A program made the translations under genes and the position numbers. Positions 39,219 to 47,092 of a DNA stretch of 47,092 nt are shown here, piece after piece; position 1 is the stretch's first letter, and each line of letters begins with the position of its first letter. The notes beneath the pieces are model-generated. The model did no database searches and was not told the DNA's origin. It worked only from the letters and a program-made list of their open reading frames with translations. The stretch covers positions 1 to 47,092 of the forward strand of contig JBBQDV010000001.1 of NCBI GenBank assembly GCA_038320005.1, given 5' to 3'. The DNA comes from Cyanophyceae cyanobacterium. Its GTDB lineage: Bacteria; Cyanobacteriota; Cyanobacteriia; Cyanobacteriales; SIO1D9.

Positions 39219-39473
39219 ACAGCAAATCTTAGAAAAATTTGAAATTTATTAGTAAATAAATATGAAGCTGATTGCAGCTTCAGCCTCTAAGTATACCGCG
39301 ATTTGACAGCTATTTACTGTTTTTCCACGTACCTCTTTAGATTGGTTTTCTGAGAAAACACTGGTTTAGCAGCGCATTTTTATGTTAGTGTAGTCGGGTT
39401 TGTAATAGACATCGGAAAACATAATGTAGAACAGTAGTCAATCCAACTTTACAATTATTTAAATCAAAGATTT

Positions 39474-39935
39474 ATGCAACCCAAAATTTTGCTTCGTTTA
39501 ACCGTAATCTTGTTAACAGCAACAGTGAGTTTTCCAGTGGTAGCAATCGCAGCCCCCAGTAAACAAACTCAGCCTGATGCCTCTGCAACGGTTGTAGATA
39601 AACCCGTAACAGCAGCATCGAAAGATTTAGAAAGTCTAACGCGCAGAGTTATTCAAGGGGTCGCCTCTTGGTATGGTCCAGGTTTTCATGGTCGTCGCAG
39701 TGCCAGTGGAGAAAGATTTAACCAAAACGCCATGACCGCAGCTCATCGGAGTTTACCCTTTGGAACTAGGGTAAGAGTAACTAATCTCAATAATGGTAGC
39801 TCTGTGGAAGTAAGAATTAATGATCGCGGTCCTTTTACCCGAGGTCGTATTATTGACCTTTCCAAAGGTGCAGCACAAGCCATTGGGCTGATGCGGAGTG
39901 GGGTCGCGCCCGTGGAAGTAGAAGTAATTCAATAA
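39474..39935 (+). CDS. rlpA: RlpA-family septal ring lytic transglycosylase-like protein (DPBB domain)
   Basis: Signal peptide, then GVASWYGPGFHGRRSASGERFNQNAMTAAHRSLPFGTRVRVTNL.NG.SVEVRINDRGPF. Confidence 0.88.
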   Translation: MQPKILLRLTVILLTATVSFPVVAIAAPSKQTQPDASATVVDKPVTAASKDLESLTRRVIQGVASWYGPGFHGRRSASGERFNQNAMTAAHRSLPFGTRVRVTNLNNGSSVEVRINDRGPFTRGRIIDLSKGAAQAIGLMRSGVAPVEVEVIQ

Positions 39936-39976
39936 GAAAATAGCTTAAAAGCAACGGACAAAGTGGAGGGGGAAAG

Positions 39977-41518
39977 GTGAGTTTGTATCAAACCATTGCG
40001 GGTATACGTTCTTATCTAGAACCGCAGCGTTTAGAAAAGAGTATCGCTTTAGTGCCGACGATGGGGGCATTACATTTAGGTCATGTTAGCTTAATTGAGA
40101 ACGCGATCGCGCAAAATGATCTTGTTGTTGTCAGCATCTTCGTTAACCCTCTCCAGTTTGGAGTCACAGAAGACCTAGACACCTATCCACGACAATTAGA
40201 ACAAGATTATCAACTCTGTAAAAAATTAGGAGTTAATGCGGTTTTTGCCCCCACCCCAAGCGCAATGGGCATAACTGAAAATAGTAACTCCGTTGCTACT
40301 ACTTTAGTTGTTCCTCCAAGTGAGATGATCTCCGTTCTCTGTGGCAAATATCGGCAAGGGCATTTTCAAGGAGTTGCGACTATTGTTACTAAACTTTTTA
40401 ACATTATTCAACCCACTAGGGCTTATTTCGGTAAAAAAGATGCTCAACAACTCGCCATCATTCGCCGTCTAGTTACCGACCTTTGTCTTCCCGTCACCAT
40501 TCAAGGCTGTCCGACTATTAGAGACACCTCTGGACTTGCCCTCAGTTCCCGTAACCAGTATCTCACTCCGCAACAACGAGAACAAGCTGTCATCTTATTC
40601 CGTAGCCTCCGTAAAGCCCAAGCACTTTTCAAGACTGGTGAGTATAACAGCAGTATCTTAAAAGAAACCCTCAAGCAAGAATTAGCGAGCGTCCCCGATA
40701 TCAATGTACAATATATAGATTTGGTTGATCCTGTCACTTTAGCCCCCCTAGAGACTATCGAAACAGCAGGACTTTTAGCCATTGCCGTATATATTGACTC
40801 AACTCGCCTAATTGATAACATGATCTTACATCGTCGCCAGCCCATTATTGCCGTTGATGGACCCGCAGGAGCAGGAAAATCTACCGTAACGAAAAGAATA
40901 GCCAAAGCTTTAGGGCTACTATATTTAGATACAGGCGCAATGTATCGTGCCGTAACCTGGCTAGTTTTAGATGCTGGTATCCCTATTAATGATGAACCCG
41001 CAGTTGCGGAATTAGTCAGCCAAGCAAAAATAGAACTAATTCCCACAGATGCAACTAATAGCAACATCCAAGTTACAATTAACGGTCAAGATGTGACCGA
41101 AGCGATTCGCACCCCCGAAGTTACCGCCCAAGTTTCCGCTATTGCTGCTCAAGCTGCGGTGCGTCAAGCTTTAGTGAAACAACAACAAAATTGGGGAGAA
41201 AAAGGTGGAGTTATTGCAGAAGGGCGAGATATTGGCACTCATGTCTTCCCCGATGCGGAACTAAAAGTCTTTGTAACTGCTTCTGTGCAAGAACGCGCCC
41301 GTCGCCGTTGGGAAGAATGGAAAAATCGTGAAGATGTAACCCTTGAACAGTTAGAAGCCGATATTCAACAACGCGATACCCTTGATAGTACCCGTAAAAT
41401 CTCCCCTCTTTGTAAAGCAGATGATGCGGTTGAAGTTGTGACGGATGATTTAAGCATTGAAGAAGTAACCGCTCGAATTATTGAGTTATATCAATCTTTA
41501 GATTCAATCGCTGTTTAA
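39977..41518 (+). CDS. panC: bifunctional pantoate--beta-alanine ligase / (d)CMP kinase
   Basis: The N-terminal PanC part has VPTMGALHLGHVSLI and YFGKKDAQQ. The C-terminal Cmk part has IIAVDGPAGAGKSTVTKRIA..LG..YLDTGAMYRA. The start codon is GTG. This fusion is typical of cyanobacteria. Confidence 0.93.
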   Translation: MSLYQTIAGIRSYLEPQRLEKSIALVPTMGALHLGHVSLIENAIAQNDLVVVSIFVNPLQFGVTEDLDTYPRQLEQDYQLCKKLGVNAVFAPTPSAMGITENSNSVATTLVVPPSEMISVLCGKYRQGHFQGVATIVTKLFNIIQPTRAYFGKKDAQQLAIIRRLVTDLCLPVTIQGCPTIRDTSGLALSSRNQYLTPQQREQAVILFRSLRKAQALFKTGEYNSSILKETLKQELASVPDINVQYIDLVDPVTLAPLETIETAGLLAIAVYIDSTRLIDNMILHRRQPIIAVDGPAGAGKSTVTKRIAKALGLLYLDTGAMYRAVTWLVLDAGIPINDEPAVAELVSQAKIELIPTDATNSNIQVTINGQDVTEAIRTPEVTAQVSAIAAQAAVRQALVKQQQNWGEKGGVIAEGRDIGTHVFPDAELKVFVTASVQERARRRWEEWKNREDVTLEQLEADIQQRDTLDSTRKISPLCKADDAVEVVTDDLSIEEVTARIIELYQSLDSIAV

Positions 41519-41552
41519 TAATTAGCTAAAAGCTCAAGTCCGTTCTTACTAA

Positions 41553-42245
41553 TTAGCTATTTATTCCTATCCCTTCGAGTCGCGATAACCAATCATTAAA
41601 GTGAGGACATTTACTCCGAATTACTTTTAAACCGATTAATTCTGCTAATTGTGAGCCTTCTATAACTTTTGCTTTTTTGTAAGCAGGAAATTGAGCAATA
41701 ATACGCTTACTAGGGGCAGTATTCTCGCCATCGTTAATCAATTCAGGTGTCTCATATTCATCTGCAATATCTTGGAGAGTTTTAATTTCTTCTGTGCAGT
41801 TGTCGTAAAGTTCACTAAAATGACTTAGGTCGGCAAAAAGGTATGCTTCATATTCATGTAACTGGATATAGGGAATAAATCTTGGGTCGTTAATATCTTC
41901 CGCAAAACGTCGTTCTAGAAATTCGACCCACTTTTGAGGAGTAAGAGTTAAATTATTAGCCTCAGACAGTCCTGGAAAATTACCGTGAATTGCGTATAAG
42001 TCAATCATAGTAGTAAAAAAGACATCAGCACTTTTCTCCTGCTTGAGAAAACGTATAATATCGTTTTTCATCGGTTCATAATTACCACGACCACTACCCC
42101 CTCGGTGAATTTTACCCTTTCTCTTAGCATGGGCAATTAATACAGGGTAAATATATATTCCCCATTGAGCCAAATGTAACTGTAATACATTATCAGCAAA
42201 TGTTTGCTCCGTTTGTCCTTCAGCAAATAAATAGAGGCGTACCAT
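41553..42245 (-). CDS. DUF4276-like protein with a Toprim-like N-terminus (putative nuclease partner of the upstream ATPase)
   Basis: 230 aa. The N-terminus MVRLYLFAEGQTEQTF resembles the Toprim/OLD (V)EG.tE glutamate motif. The C-terminus KRIIAQFPAYKKAKVIEGSQLAELIGLKVIRSKCPHFNDWLSRLE matches my memory of DUF4276. It starts 3 nt after the ATPase stop. Confidence 0.7.
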   Translation of the reverse strand: MVRLYLFAEGQTEQTFADNVLQLHLAQWGIYIYPVLIAHAKRKGKIHRGGSGRGNYEPMKNDIIRFLKQEKSADVFFTTMIDLYAIHGNFPGLSEANNLTLTPQKWVEFLERRFAEDINDPRFIPYIQLHEYEAYLFADLSHFSELYDNCTEEIKTLQDIADEYETPELINDGENTAPSKRIIAQFPAYKKAKVIEGSQLAELIGLKVIRSKCPHFNDWLSRLEGIGINS

Positions 42246-42248
42246 TAA

Positions 42249-43343
42249 TTAATGTGGTCCCCCAGCAACAATATTCTTCTCCCAAATTTCTCCTAAGCTA
42301 TACTCCTCAAGCCATGATTCTAGTTCAATAGGATTTAGTCGCTTAAATACAGATTCTTTATCTACTCTATCTACTGCAATTACATCTTCAGGTTCAAAAT
42401 TATCTAAGAAAGAACTTGATTGAGTGCTAATCAGAATTTGTGTATTAGATGAAGCCTTTCCAAACATTGCAGCTACAGCATTTAGGGCATAAGGATGAAG
42501 ACCTAATTCTGGTTCATCGACAACAATAAGTTCCGGCAATTCTTTTTCTGGCTGTAATAGTAGTGTTGCCAGACAGATAGCTCGCAAAGTACCATCTGAA
42601 AGTTGATGTGGTCCGAACACTCTGTCTGTCCCAAGTTCTCTCCAGTTCAAAATAACTCGATTAGATATATCAGGCTGAAGGTCAAAGTCATCAAAAAATG
42701 GGGCAATTAAACGGATACTTCTAATAATACGGCGATAAGCTGTATTGTTTTCCTCACGAAATCTGAGCAGTAAAGCAGCTAGATTGCCAGCATCAGGCAT
42801 TAGCCAACGACTATCACCAATATAGCAAGACTGGCGAACTTCCGCTGTGGACGATGTATCGTGGAAATGATAAACACGGCAACGATGGAGTAAGTAATCT
42901 AAGGTTTTTGCTGTTGGCATTCCGTTCTTGGCTACTTCACTAATTTTTGTTTCTTGATGTCCTGCACTCAAGGAATCAATTCTTGGAGAATCATAGCCCG
43001 TTTGTAAAAAACTTAGTGTTTCCTCGGCGAAGATGAGCGTATCACCCACAGCATGAAATAAACGCATATTATAGGTATCTATGCCATTTTCAACCTCAAA
43101 TTCTAGACATGCTTCTATTTGTGGTGTTATCTTTGCACCATAGTAGAGAAGAGATTGAGCGCGCCCTGAGATTCCAATATATTGTTGTAATCTTCCTGCC
43201 ATCATCTCATTTAGCATCTTGAAAAAGGAAACAAAGTTGCTTTTCCCTGCCCCATTTGCCCCAATTAAGATGTTTAACGAACGTAATTCAATATCTATTG
43301 CCTTAATGGACTTAAACCCTTTTAGGATTACCCGTTGCAGCAT
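42249..43343 (-). CDS. ABC/SMC-like P-loop ATPase (AAA_21/COG4637-like)
   Basis: Walker A GANGAGKS (43239-43262), a signature-like HQLSDGTLR, Walker B/D-loop LIVVDEPELGLHP, an H-loop-like LISTQSS, and the tail LGEIWEKNIVAGGPH. Confidence 0.85.
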   Translation of the reverse strand: MLQRVILKGFKSIKAIDIELRSLNILIGANGAGKSNFVSFFKMLNEMMAGRLQQYIGISGRAQSLLYYGAKITPQIEACLEFEVENGIDTYNMRLFHAVGDTLIFAEETLSFLQTGYDSPRIDSLSAGHQETKISEVAKNGMPTAKTLDYLLHRCRVYHFHDTSSTAEVRQSCYIGDSRWLMPDAGNLAALLLRFREENNTAYRRIIRSIRLIAPFFDDFDLQPDISNRVILNWRELGTDRVFGPHQLSDGTLRAICLATLLLQPEKELPELIVVDEPELGLHPYALNAVAAMFGKASSNTQILISTQSSSFLDNFEPEDVIAVDRVDKESVFKRLNPIELESWLEEYSLGEIWEKNIVAGGPH

Positions 43344-43370
43344 AATAACTTTCTAATTTACTCCAAATTA

Positions 43371-43634
43371 TCACAACTTAGAGCGAAGGGTAAACTGGTA
43401 GTCTCCTCCTGGTTCGAGTTGATAGTCTGACCTTTCCAAAAAGCGACTGAGAGGTTCGGTAATCAGGGCGCGTCCGAGGGAAGGACTCACGGATAATGTT
43501 CCTTTGCGAAATCTCCATTTAAATTGCCACTCATATTCCGCTGCTTGAACTTCTCCTTCTAGTCGTCCTTGTTGCCAAGATTGTTGAGTAATGCGAACAT
43601 GGGCAGTAGTTTGGGGCAAATGTTGAGAACTCAA
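43371..43634 (-). CDS. small conserved hypothetical protein (87 aa; possibly DUF3146-like)
   Basis: The ORF has only a TTG start. Its composition resembles the native genome rather than the adjacent ATPase pair. The sequence HVRITQQSWQQGRLEGEV...SLGRALITEPLSRFLERSDYQLEPGGDY looks like a small cyanobacterial family I cannot verify. Confidence 0.5.
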   Translation of the reverse strand: MSSQHLPQTTAHVRITQQSWQQGRLEGEVQAAEYEWQFKWRFRKGTLSVSPSLGRALITEPLSRFLERSDYQLEPGGDYQFTLRSKL

Positions 43635-43758
43635 TGTATTTCTTGATATCTATAGTCTTCTCACCAATTAAGATAACAAATCTTTGCTGATCATGAGTTG
43701 AATTTTCCTTGCTATCCTAGAAATAGGATGCTGTCTAGATAGTAAATAAGGGACAAGT

Positions 43759-44127
43759 ATGGCTGGTGGATTTGGTAACATTGTACAGAAAGCTTTTTAT
43801 CTAGGGGTGGGTGTAGCTGCCTATGCTGGAGAACAAGCCAGTAGTCGGCTCAAAGAAGTACGCATTCAAGGGCAAAAGTTAGCGGATGAGTTGGTAGCAA
43901 GGGGAGAGATTAAGGCTGAAGAGGCGCAGAAGTTTGTTGATGATTTAGTTCAGCAAGCCCAAAAGCAGGAGACTGTTTCCCAAGAAAAACCTTCTTCTCA
44001 ACCTCGTCAAATTGAGATTCTCGAAGATGATGCGGAAACGGATAGTTCCAAAGCAGGTGAGGATGTAGATAATTTACGTCAGCAGGTGGAAACTTTGCAA
44101 GAACAATTGCGAAATTTAAAAGAATAA
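43759..44127 (+). CDS. phasin-family-like coiled-coil protein
   Basis: The N-terminus GFGNIVQKAFYLGVGVAAYAGEQA...LADELVARGEI..EEA..FVDDL resembles proteins annotated as phasin family in cyanobacteria. The assignment is tentative. Confidence 0.55.
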   Translation: MAGGFGNIVQKAFYLGVGVAAYAGEQASSRLKEVRIQGQKLADELVARGEIKAEEAQKFVDDLVQQAQKQETVSQEKPSSQPRQIEILEDDAETDSSKAGEDVDNLRQQVETLQEQLRNLKE

Positions 44128-44148
44128 GCTAATCTAATTTTTATTAAT

Positions 44149-44523
44149 ATGCAAGACTGGTCAAAAGATTTTTTTGAAGCCATAGATTTTGTTGCCACTG
44201 AACTTGAGCAATTTTTTGAAGAGGTTGAGGAAGTGGTGGAAATGGTTGCTGATGAAATTAATATAATATTGGTTCAAGATTTAGATCAATTTCTGGAAGA
44301 TCTGTTTGAGCCATTTTTAGATGCTGATCAAGATTTTGATTATTTTGGGGATCTAGATCCATCTATGGGCGATAAAGTCAAGCCTTCTTTAGACAAATTT
44401 CCCGCTTGTATTGGTTGTCAAAATTATCATGGTTATTCCCATGGTGGAAATCTGTTGATATGTGGAATGCACCCCTATGGTTGGGATGGAGAAAGTTGTC
44501 CCGATTGGGAAGATGGTAATTAG
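44149..44523 (+). CDS. hypothetical highly acidic protein with a C-terminal Cys/His cluster
   Basis: The first 80 aa are very D/E-rich. The C-terminus is CIGCQNYHG...CGMHPYGW...CPDW. It lies 21 nt after the previous gene and 25 nt before queF. Confidence 0.6.
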   Translation: MQDWSKDFFEAIDFVATELEQFFEEVEEVVEMVADEINIILVQDLDQFLEDLFEPFLDADQDFDYFGDLDPSMGDKVKPSLDKFPACIGCQNYHGYSHGGNLLICGMHPYGWDGESCPDWEDGN

Positions 44524-44548
44524 TTATTGGAATTATAGGTATTAATTT

Positions 44549-44953
44549 ATGAGTCAGGCTGTTGAACCGAAAGAAGAAAGTAAATATGGTGAACGGGAGA
44601 TTGCGTCAGGGGAACTGATTACCTTCCCAAATCCTCGCCCTGGACGGAGATATGATGTCCAGATAACTCTACCTGAGTTTACCTGTAAGTGTCCGTTTTC
44701 GGGCTATCCTGATTTTGCGACGATTTATATTACCTATGTGCCAAATGAAAAGGTTGTGGAGTTAAAGGCGATTAAATTATATATTAATAGTTATCGCGAT
44801 CGCTATATCTCTCACGAAGAATCTATTAACCAAATCCTTGATGATTTTGTGGCTGCGTCTGACCCCTTAGAGGTAAGAATCAAAGGGGACTTCCATCCCC
44901 GTGGTAATGTCCACACTGTGGTTGAAGTACAACATCAAAAATCAGAAAGCTGA
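44549..44953 (+). CDS. queF: NADPH-dependent 7-cyano-7-deazaguanine (preQ0) reductase, type I
   Basis: Motifs EFTCKCPFSGYPDFATIYI.Y.P....VELKAIKLYINSYRD..ISHEE. Confidence 0.95.
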   Translation: MSQAVEPKEESKYGEREIASGELITFPNPRPGRRYDVQITLPEFTCKCPFSGYPDFATIYITYVPNEKVVELKAIKLYINSYRDRYISHEESINQILDDFVAASDPLEVRIKGDFHPRGNVHTVVEVQHQKSES

Positions 44954-45235
44954 TTCGCTTTTGTCCCAGACCATTTTAGAGATCATTTCTAAATCCGCTT
45001 CTTCTGGACGATAGCCATAAGCGGTTTCCCACGCATTCATGAGATTTTGCCATTCCTGGGGAGTCTGGGGCTTCTTCTGGACTAAGGTAAGAAAGTTAGT
45101 TTTATTACGAGCTTTGAGGGGATGCACGCCCATCTGAATTAGGCGTAGTTCTACCTCTGAATTAGTGCTATTAGACAAAATTTCAGCATATTCAGTATCT
45201 AATAAGTTAATTCTTTCTATTGTTGGCTTACTCAT
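44942..45235 (-). CDS. hypothetical protein (97 aa)
   Basis: ATG-initiated ORF. Its 3' end overlaps queF by 12 nt. I recognise no family. Confidence 0.5.
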   Translation of the reverse strand: MSKPTIERINLLDTEYAEILSNSTNSEVELRLIQMGVHPLKARNKTNFLTLVQKKPQTPQEWQNLMNAWETAYGYRPEEADLEMISKMVWDKSESAF

Positions 45236-45416
45236 AGATCTTGAATGACAAAACTCAATGTTTGAGTGTTTTCCGCTAGATTCATAAGTCCAATTGTAAG
45301 CTACTCTAAACTACTGTGAATCATACCAAAGACTGAGGGAAATTCCAGCTATTGTTCTAAAGGGGGAATTAGCTTAACTGGAGAAAAAAAGCCAGAGAGT
45401 TTTCTTTTACCTGAAA

Positions 45417-46022
45417 CTATGCGGTTTCCTGATTGGTTTGTTGCTGTTGAGCCACAGCTTTAAGCTTTTGATAAAATTCAGAACCATCGGGAGGAGGATT
45501 AAAGCGATGGATTGAGGGTTCTGAGGCTAATTCGTGGTTAGAGGGAGGGTTTGACTGTTCTTCTCTTGAGAGGGAGATGGGGGCATAATCTTCAGTTAGG
45601 TCTTCTCGTGGTAATTTATGTTGTTGAATAAGGGGGTTATCCCAGGGATAATCGGGGTCAGGAAGTGACCAATTGAGGTTTGTCGCCTCAAACTCAAGGT
45701 CTGCTTCGGTAGTTGCAGAAATATTACTGAGATGGCGAGGTAGTTTACGACAAATTAGCCTTTCAAATTCATGGTTGAAGTGAAAGATGGGGTGTTGTCG
45801 TCGTGCCCAAAACATCAAAATTTGTTCAATTGAAATTGACTTATACCGACCTAGATATAAGGCTTCGATGATCGCTAGTCTCACCCAATGTTCATGATAA
45901 ACAGTAAGCCATTGGGAGGCAAGTTCTTTGGGAGTATAACCGCGAAGGTCAAAGCCATAGTGACTTAGTAGGGACACAGCTTGTCGCGCGATCGCGGTTT
46001 CGGTACTTCTCAATTCAGTCAT
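45417..46022 (-). CDS. hypothetical protein (201 aa)
   Basis: ATG start with a HIP1 site near the 5' end. The N-terminal half is helical (WVRLAIIEALYLGRYKSISIEQILMFWARR) and the C-terminus is Pro/Gln-rich. I recognise no family. Confidence 0.6.
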   Translation of the reverse strand: MTELRSTETAIARQAVSLLSHYGFDLRGYTPKELASQWLTVYHEHWVRLAIIEALYLGRYKSISIEQILMFWARRQHPIFHFNHEFERLICRKLPRHLSNISATTEADLEFEATNLNWSLPDPDYPWDNPLIQQHKLPREDLTEDYAPISLSREEQSNPPSNHELASEPSIHRFNPPPDGSEFYQKLKAVAQQQQTNQETA

Positions 46023-46115
46023 GAGTCATTATTCGCTTAATAAGACGACTAGCAATCTACGTTAAAAATATCTTCTAATTTATCGCTCCCTAGAGAGAAG
46101 GAAAATTATTTTTAA

Positions 46116-47092
46116 TTAATCCTCCCAAAGACTGATCTCAAATTTACCTGTTGGTTTCAAGATTACTTGATAATGGGCTAAAGCTTCTTGGGGGATGACT
46201 GTGGCATTTTCTCCCGTCCCAGTTTTCGCAGTTTGAGGTTGCAAAAGTTGGGGGAAGGGTGTTTCTTCTGCATAGTCTACCGCAGCTTGGTTGTCTGCTT
46301 CGTAGTCCGCGATCGCGCCTTCACGATTCAAAGCAACCCGATAAACTAATTCTCGGTTAGAATTAGCCAATCCTTGCCACTTTTCCGCCAGGATTTGCCT
46401 TAACTCTCCTTGCAATTGTTGCACTTGATCCGTATCAGTGATTTTCTTTCCCAGGGTGGGTTCTTCTTGAAAACCATTCCAGGGGCTGACTTGAAGCACA
46501 CCTCGACGGGTGAAAACGACTCGATAGGGCGCGATCGCGTTTGTCTGAGTAGTACCTGATTCTGCGGAAATATAAGTCAATTCTGGTAAAGGCGTAGCTT
46601 GGACTTGTCCCTGGGCAGTAGTTCCAGACGGTTCATAATTTACAATCAATCCCCCTTGAGTCACCAATACTTTATATTGTAAAGTCTGATTCACCCCAGA
46701 GCGATTTTTCCAAGCTTGATCAAGGGTACGATAAAGATCGCGCTGTAAATATCTAACTTGAGTAGGATCGCTAATCTCCGTGGCAGCAGCTAAACTTGCC
46801 TCAATGCCTTCACCAGGCAAAGGGTTAGCACCAAGATCATCCTCATTATTTTGCGTTGGAATCGGCTTTTCTAAAGGCTCAGGTTCGACACCTTGAGGAT
46901 CTACAGGAAGCACTTCTTCTCCATTAGTTTCCAGTGGTCTAGGATCAACCTCGCGCACTTCTGGCACAGGGAGAAAGAACAAAGCAGAGGCGACAAGAAG
47001 TAAACCCGATATACCTAAAGCTGCGGGGGCAAATTTTTCTGCTGTTGGGGCTTCGGAAGTCCGATAACGACGCGATAATGGCGCAATTTCTA
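46116..47092 (-). CDS. hypothetical membrane-anchored protein, 5'-truncated by the window edge
   Basis: The track ORF starts at TTG 46982. The frame stays open for all 36 upstream codons to position 47092 (..RRYRTSEAPTAEKFAPAALGISGLLLVASALFFLPV..). This gives a TM helix that the TTG start would cut in half. Two similar halves of about 100 aa follow. Confidence 0.65.
   Translation of the reverse strand, partial: EIAPLSRRYRTSEAPTAEKFAPAALGISGLLLVASALFFLPVPEVREVDPRPLETNGEEVLPVDPQGVEPEPLEKPIPTQNNEDDLGANPLPGEGIEASLAAATEISDPTQVRYLQRDLYRTLDQAWKNRSGVNQTLQYKVLVTQGGLIVNYEPSGTTAQGQVQATPLPELTYISAESGTTQTNAIAPYRVVFTRRGVLQVSPWNGFQEEPTLGKKITDTDQVQQLQGELRQILAEKWQGLANSNRELVYRVALNREGAIADYEADNQAAVDYAEETPFPQLLQPQTAKTGTGENATVIPQEALAHYQVILKPTGKFEISLWED

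Noticed and set aside
39264-39281. Hairpin GAAGCTG-ATTG-CAGCTTC in the purM/rlpA divergent region.
   Set aside because: It has no flanking U-tract. It lies between two divergent starts where no terminator is expected. It is too short to call as a regulatory RNA without conservation data.
41519-41560. 10-nt direct repeat TAATTAGCTA at 41519-41528 and 41550-41559, in the 34-nt spacer between panC-cmk and the DUF4276 gene. I considered it as a possible target-site duplication or att remnant of the inserted cassette.
   Set aside because: Both copies lie on the same side of the cassette and no copy is found at the other junction (43344-43370). The repeat is AT-rich, contains the short palindrome TTAGCTAA and overlaps stop codons, so chance is plausible.
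45252-45272. Small hairpin ACTCAA-TGT-TTGAGT followed by GTTTT, just upstream of the 97-aa gene start.
   Set aside because: The stem is a weak 6-bp AT-rich one, and its orientation and context as a terminator are ambiguous. The evidence is insufficient.

Overview
This is a densely coding cyanobacterial chromosomal segment. The taxon call rests on about three dozen copies, counted by eye, of the HIP1 octamer GCGATCGC. It is also supported by a ferredoxin-thioredoxin reductase variable chain, a fused panC-cmk gene, a GAF-GAF-PAS adenylate cyclase and a HEAT-repeat protein. I support about 47 protein-coding genes, one tRNA-Thr(UGU) and one TPP riboswitch ahead of thiC. I see no CRISPR array, rRNA, transposase or integrase. 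Most genes are housekeeping: pnp, recN, thiC, pgsA, truB, rpsN, aat, dxr, tadA, purM, panC-cmk and queF.

Five accessory elements stand out:
1. An AT-richer, tightly coupled pair at 41553-43343 on the minus strand: an ABC/SMC-like P-loop ATPase plus a DUF4276-like protein with a Toprim-like N-terminus. It resembles a split OLD or PARIS-like module. It is my best candidate for an uncharacterised defence or conflict system.
2. A 1336-aa SNF2-family helicase whose Walker A motif GLGK|T is interrupted by a 302-aa intein at 5315-6220.
3. An orphan DndE-like gene abutting the helicase, with no dndA-D nearby.
4. A reverse-order PIN/RHH toxin-antitoxin pair.
5. An orphan DUF2791/BrxC-like P-loop ATPase.

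Smaller non-coding observations are also listed: inverted heptamer-repeat blocks flanking truB and the OYE reductase, several palindromes, and convergent gene overlaps. All family assignments come from motif recognition by eye and need HMM or BLAST confirmation.
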